A DNA stretch of 55,792 nucleotides from Candidatus Micrarchaeota archaeon (GTDB taxonomy: Archaea > Micrarchaeota > Micrarchaeia > Micrarchaeales > Micrarchaeaceae), in assembly GCA_014874295.1 (NCBI GenBank), contig JACWAL010000003.1, forward strand, positions 1 to 55,792, read 5' to 3'. Of the stretch, positions 53,122 through 55,792 are shown piece by piece. The notes below the pieces were generated by a model. The model made no database searches and was not told the DNA's origin. It saw only the letters and a list, made by a program, of their open reading frames with translations. A program made the translations under genes and the position numbers. How positions within the stretch are numbered: the stretch's first letter is position 1; the number at the start of each line of letters is the position of its first letter.

Positions 53122-54732
53122 ATGAGTGGTCGAATGAACAGCACGAGATTGCCTTTGATCGCCGCGATGGCGGTGATGCTTCTGATGGCTACAGCCGGAG
53201 CGCAAGTCGTGAGCAGCGTCAACAACATGCTCTCGATAACCAACCTGAGGGTCACGCCAGACCCTGTCGTTGCGGGCAGCAACGTTACCATCAGCTTCAA
53301 TCTGTACAACTCCTATTCGGACGCGCTGAGCAACGTCAACCTTGCGCTGCAGGCAAATAACCAGCTGGTGAACGTCTCCCCAACGGGTAGCTACCTGATC
53401 AGCTCGATAGGCTCGGGCATATATGGCGGGCTCGGGTACAACACCTTCACCTACAAGTTCCGCGCGCCACCGACGCTGAGTGCAGGGCTCTACACGCTTG
53501 ACGTTGTGGCCAACTACGAGGCGCCCACAACCTCGAGTACGAACCTGCCAGGAACCTCGATTATGCCTATAACGCTCTACGTCTACGGAGCGCCGCAGAT
53601 AAGCTTCAACATAGTACCGCAGACCGCGCTGGTCCCCGGGAGCACGTTCAGCTTCCAGCTCGCGACTGTCAACACGGGCACCGACACCGCATCGAACGTC
53701 TCTGTTCACCTGCTAAGCACGAACGACTTCAGCATGTCAGGGCAGACGCTCTTCATGCTGGGCAGCCTGGCTCCCGGGCAGTCCGCCGCGTCGTACGCGA
53801 GCGCGATAGTGGGCAGCAACATAACCTCTGGAGAGCACAGGATGGAAATATACGTAAGCTACTCAACCGCGAGGGGCAACCACTCGAGCAGCTATGGCGT
53901 CCCGATAAGCATCTCCACCGGTAGCCCCAGAATAGTAGTCAGCGCATCCAGCGCAATGCCGCAGCTGCTCTATTCGGGGTCGAACCAGACGCTCACCGTG
54001 CTCGTGCAGAACGTTGGCACTGGAACCGCAAGGAACCTGACGCTGTCGTTCGGCAGCACAAATCAGATATCCGTGCAAAGCTCGGCATCGAGCTTCTTCA
54101 TGGGGTCGCTGGCCCCCGGGGCGAGCGCTACCGAGACGATAACGATAACGGCCAACTCGTCGTCGAGCGACCACAACAGCATGCTGCCCGTGTACCTAAG
54201 TTACTACACGTCCAACTACCAGCAGCGCAGCAACGTCACCGCGCCGCTGCCGATACGCGTCGCCCCGAGCGCCGTCTTCAAGATAGTGTCGGTGAATGAC
54301 ACGCTCATGCCGGGCAGCGCATACTCCCCGATAACCCTGCGCATAAAGAACGTGGGCAATGAGCCAGCGCAGGAGGTTAGCCTGTCGCTGCAGAGCGTCT
54401 ACCCGATAACCCCAGTAGCAGGCAATGCCTACATCAGCTACCTAGCCCCTGGCAACGAGACCAACGTGACGTTCTATGTAGACGTCGACCAGAATGGCCT
54501 GCAGGGGAGGTATCTCCTGACTATGTACGAACAGTGGAGGCAGGCCAATGCAGGGACAAACCAGCTCTTCACCAGCTCCAACAACTATTATGCCGTCGTG
54601 TACCCGAATTCCTCGTCGTCTGATGTTACCGGGTACGCCTTGGCGGTAGTGGCAATAGTTATAATAGTTGTTGTTGCAAGGATGGTAATGAAGAAGAGAA
54701 GGGGGAAGAAGAAAGAGAAGCAAAAACAATGA
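53122..54732 (+). CDS. secreted CARDB/COG1361-like repeat surface protein with a C-terminal TM anchor
   Basis: Signal peptide. Four beta-sandwich repeats (e.g. LRVTPDPVVAGSNVTISFNLYNS, LTVLVQNVGTGTARNLTLSFGS, ITLRIKNVGNEPAQEVSLSLQS). TM helix and KKRRGKKKEKQKQ tail. 11 nt after the permease gene. Confidence 0.75.
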   Translation: MSGRMNSTRLPLIAAMAVMLLMATAGAQVVSSVNNMLSITNLRVTPDPVVAGSNVTISFNLYNSYSDALSNVNLALQANNQLVNVSPTGSYLISSIGSGIYGGLGYNTFTYKFRAPPTLSAGLYTLDVVANYEAPTTSSTNLPGTSIMPITLYVYGAPQISFNIVPQTALVPGSTFSFQLATVNTGTDTASNVSVHLLSTNDFSMSGQTLFMLGSLAPGQSAASYASAIVGSNITSGEHRMEIYVSYSTARGNHSSSYGVPISISTGSPRIVVSASSAMPQLLYSGSNQTLTVLVQNVGTGTARNLTLSFGSTNQISVQSSASSFFMGSLAPGASATETITITANSSSSDHNSMLPVYLSYYTSNYQQRSNVTAPLPIRVAPSAVFKIVSVNDTLMPGSAYSPITLRIKNVGNEPAQEVSLSLQSVYPITPVAGNAYISYLAPGNETNVTFYVDVDQNGLQGRYLLTMYEQWRQANAGTNQLFTSSNNYYAVVYPNSSSSDVTGYALAVVAIVIIVVVARMVMKKRRGKKKEKQKQ

Positions 54733-54757
54733 TGACAAGTGAGGGCAAGGTGTTTGG

Positions 54758-55630
54758 TTGGATACCAAGTTCTCGTCGTTGGTCGACAAGGCGCTGCAGA
54801 AGTACGGGCTGCCCACATGGGTTAAGCCGTATGTATCTGAATACGTAAGGGGCAATCCGCTCAACGCCATAAAACATGCGACGAGCTTCATAGAGATACG
54901 CAGGAAGAAGGGCGAGATCACCCGAGACTACGTGAGGCTGCCGAACGGCCTGACCTTCAAGATAAGCTTCGTAGAGGAGGTGCTGAGCCTCTTCCATTAC
55001 GGGGAAGAGAGAGTCAACGAGATATACGAGAGGTGGTCGAAGGAACCGGGGTATGATAACCTCGAGCGGAAGAAGAGGTTCGCCGAGCTGGCGCAGCTCT
55101 CGAAGAAGCACCTTAGGGCGATAAAGAACCTGATGGAGGGCATAGGTATCCAGCAGAAACAGCCGCGCAAGGACGTAATAGATCTGTTCGACTACATCGA
55201 ATCCCTGAATGACTGGGACGACAGGGTCATCGTGTCCGGCATTTTTCTCAGGTACTCATTCTCCTACCCGTTTGGATTCGTCTTTTATAAGGTTTTCTAC
55301 CCCGTTGCCCCGGAGTTCATGCGGTCGTTTGGCAAGGCGTTCACCGTCAAGACCGATGCAACGGGATGGCTGGACGCGGAATCGAGGCACATAGCGTACG
55401 AGCACAGGGAGTCCGAGCACCTCATGAAGCTGTCGGAAGAGCTGCTAAGGAGGATATATGCCTCGATATCTTCAGAGGAGAGCACCGCGAAGTCCAGCGG
55501 CATAGCCGGCGAGATAAAGCTGCTGAGGGACATATCCGTGGCATATCCACTGCATGTCCTAAACGAGCTCGGCGCTCCTATTGACGTAGACAAGGAAGTG
55601 AAGAGCATAACCAGGAAGCGTGCGGGCTGA
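54758..55630 (+). CDS. hypothetical protein (290 aa)
   Basis: Strong local codon bias. TTG is the only available start. Mostly helical-looking, with E/H-rich segments (ESRHIAYEHRESEH). No family recognised. Confidence 0.5.
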   Translation: MDTKFSSLVDKALQKYGLPTWVKPYVSEYVRGNPLNAIKHATSFIEIRRKKGEITRDYVRLPNGLTFKISFVEEVLSLFHYGEERVNEIYERWSKEPGYDNLERKKRFAELAQLSKKHLRAIKNLMEGIGIQQKQPRKDVIDLFDYIESLNDWDDRVIVSGIFLRYSFSYPFGFVFYKVFYPVAPEFMRSFGKAFTVKTDATGWLDAESRHIAYEHRESEHLMKLSEELLRRIYASISSEESTAKSSGIAGEIKLLRDISVAYPLHVLNELGAPIDVDKEVKSITRKRAG

Positions 55631-55690
55631 CTCGCCGCAAAGCAGCCCAACAACCTTTTTATGGCTTCACAGTGATACAAAATGGGCGCT

Positions 55691-55792
55691 ATGCGGAGAG
55701 AGAAGTCGCAGTCAGCGATGGAATACCTGATGACGTACGGCTGGGCTATCCTCATCATCGCGGTCGTACTTGGAGCTCTTTATTCTCTCGGA
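55691..55792 (+). CDS. class III signal peptide (pilin-like) protein, 5' partial at the window edge
   Basis: MRREKSQSAMEYLMTYGWAILIIAVVLGALYSLG. The N-terminus is identical at the protein level to that of the 42061 gene. An in-frame ATG at 55682 is also possible. Confidence 0.8.
   Translation, partial: MRREKSQSAMEYLMTYGWAILIIAVVLGALYSLG

Noticed and set aside
1-55792. CRISPR arrays, rRNA genes, transposases or IS elements
   Set aside because: I saw no regularly spaced direct repeats, no rRNA-like conserved stretches, and no transposase or integrase-like ORFs while reading through. The only selfish elements recognised are the intein and the AbiE pair.

Overview
Gene-dense archaeal chromosomal window. 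The archaeal call rests on EF-1alpha followed by S10, S6e followed by aIF2-gamma, RFC small and large subunits, Alba, Cdc48, GGGP synthase, cis-prenyltransferase, Hef-type helicase, Dpo4-type polymerase, archaeal-type AspRS, and a tRNA intron at position 37/38. Codon usage is strongly biased (ATA for Ile, AGG/CGC for Arg, C/G-ending codons). Because of this bias, long shadow ORFs appear antisense to real genes. I call about 55 CDS and four tRNAs: Gly-GCC, intron-containing Phe-GAA, Pro-UGG and Val-GAC. No rRNA or CRISPR array was seen. Accessory content: a 452-aa LAGLIDADG intein in rfcS, an AbiEi/AbiEii toxin-antitoxin pair, and a 1158-aa GH18 chitinase-like surface protein. There is also an eqolisin-like/PKD surface protein, a PadR-ABC-CARDB cluster, and two pilin-like genes with class III signal peptides. 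Several lower-GC patches look horizontally acquired. The most interesting unexplained signal is a structured 240-270 nt non-coding gap downstream of alba (37040..37275, minus strand). It carries RNase P RNA-like CR-I, CR-III and CR-V motifs in the correct order, which suggests a strongly reduced RNase P RNA. The lineage guess (small-genome acidophilic archaeon, DPANN/Micrarchaeota-like or Thermoplasmata-like) is inference only. All calls come from by-eye motif reading; no searches were run.
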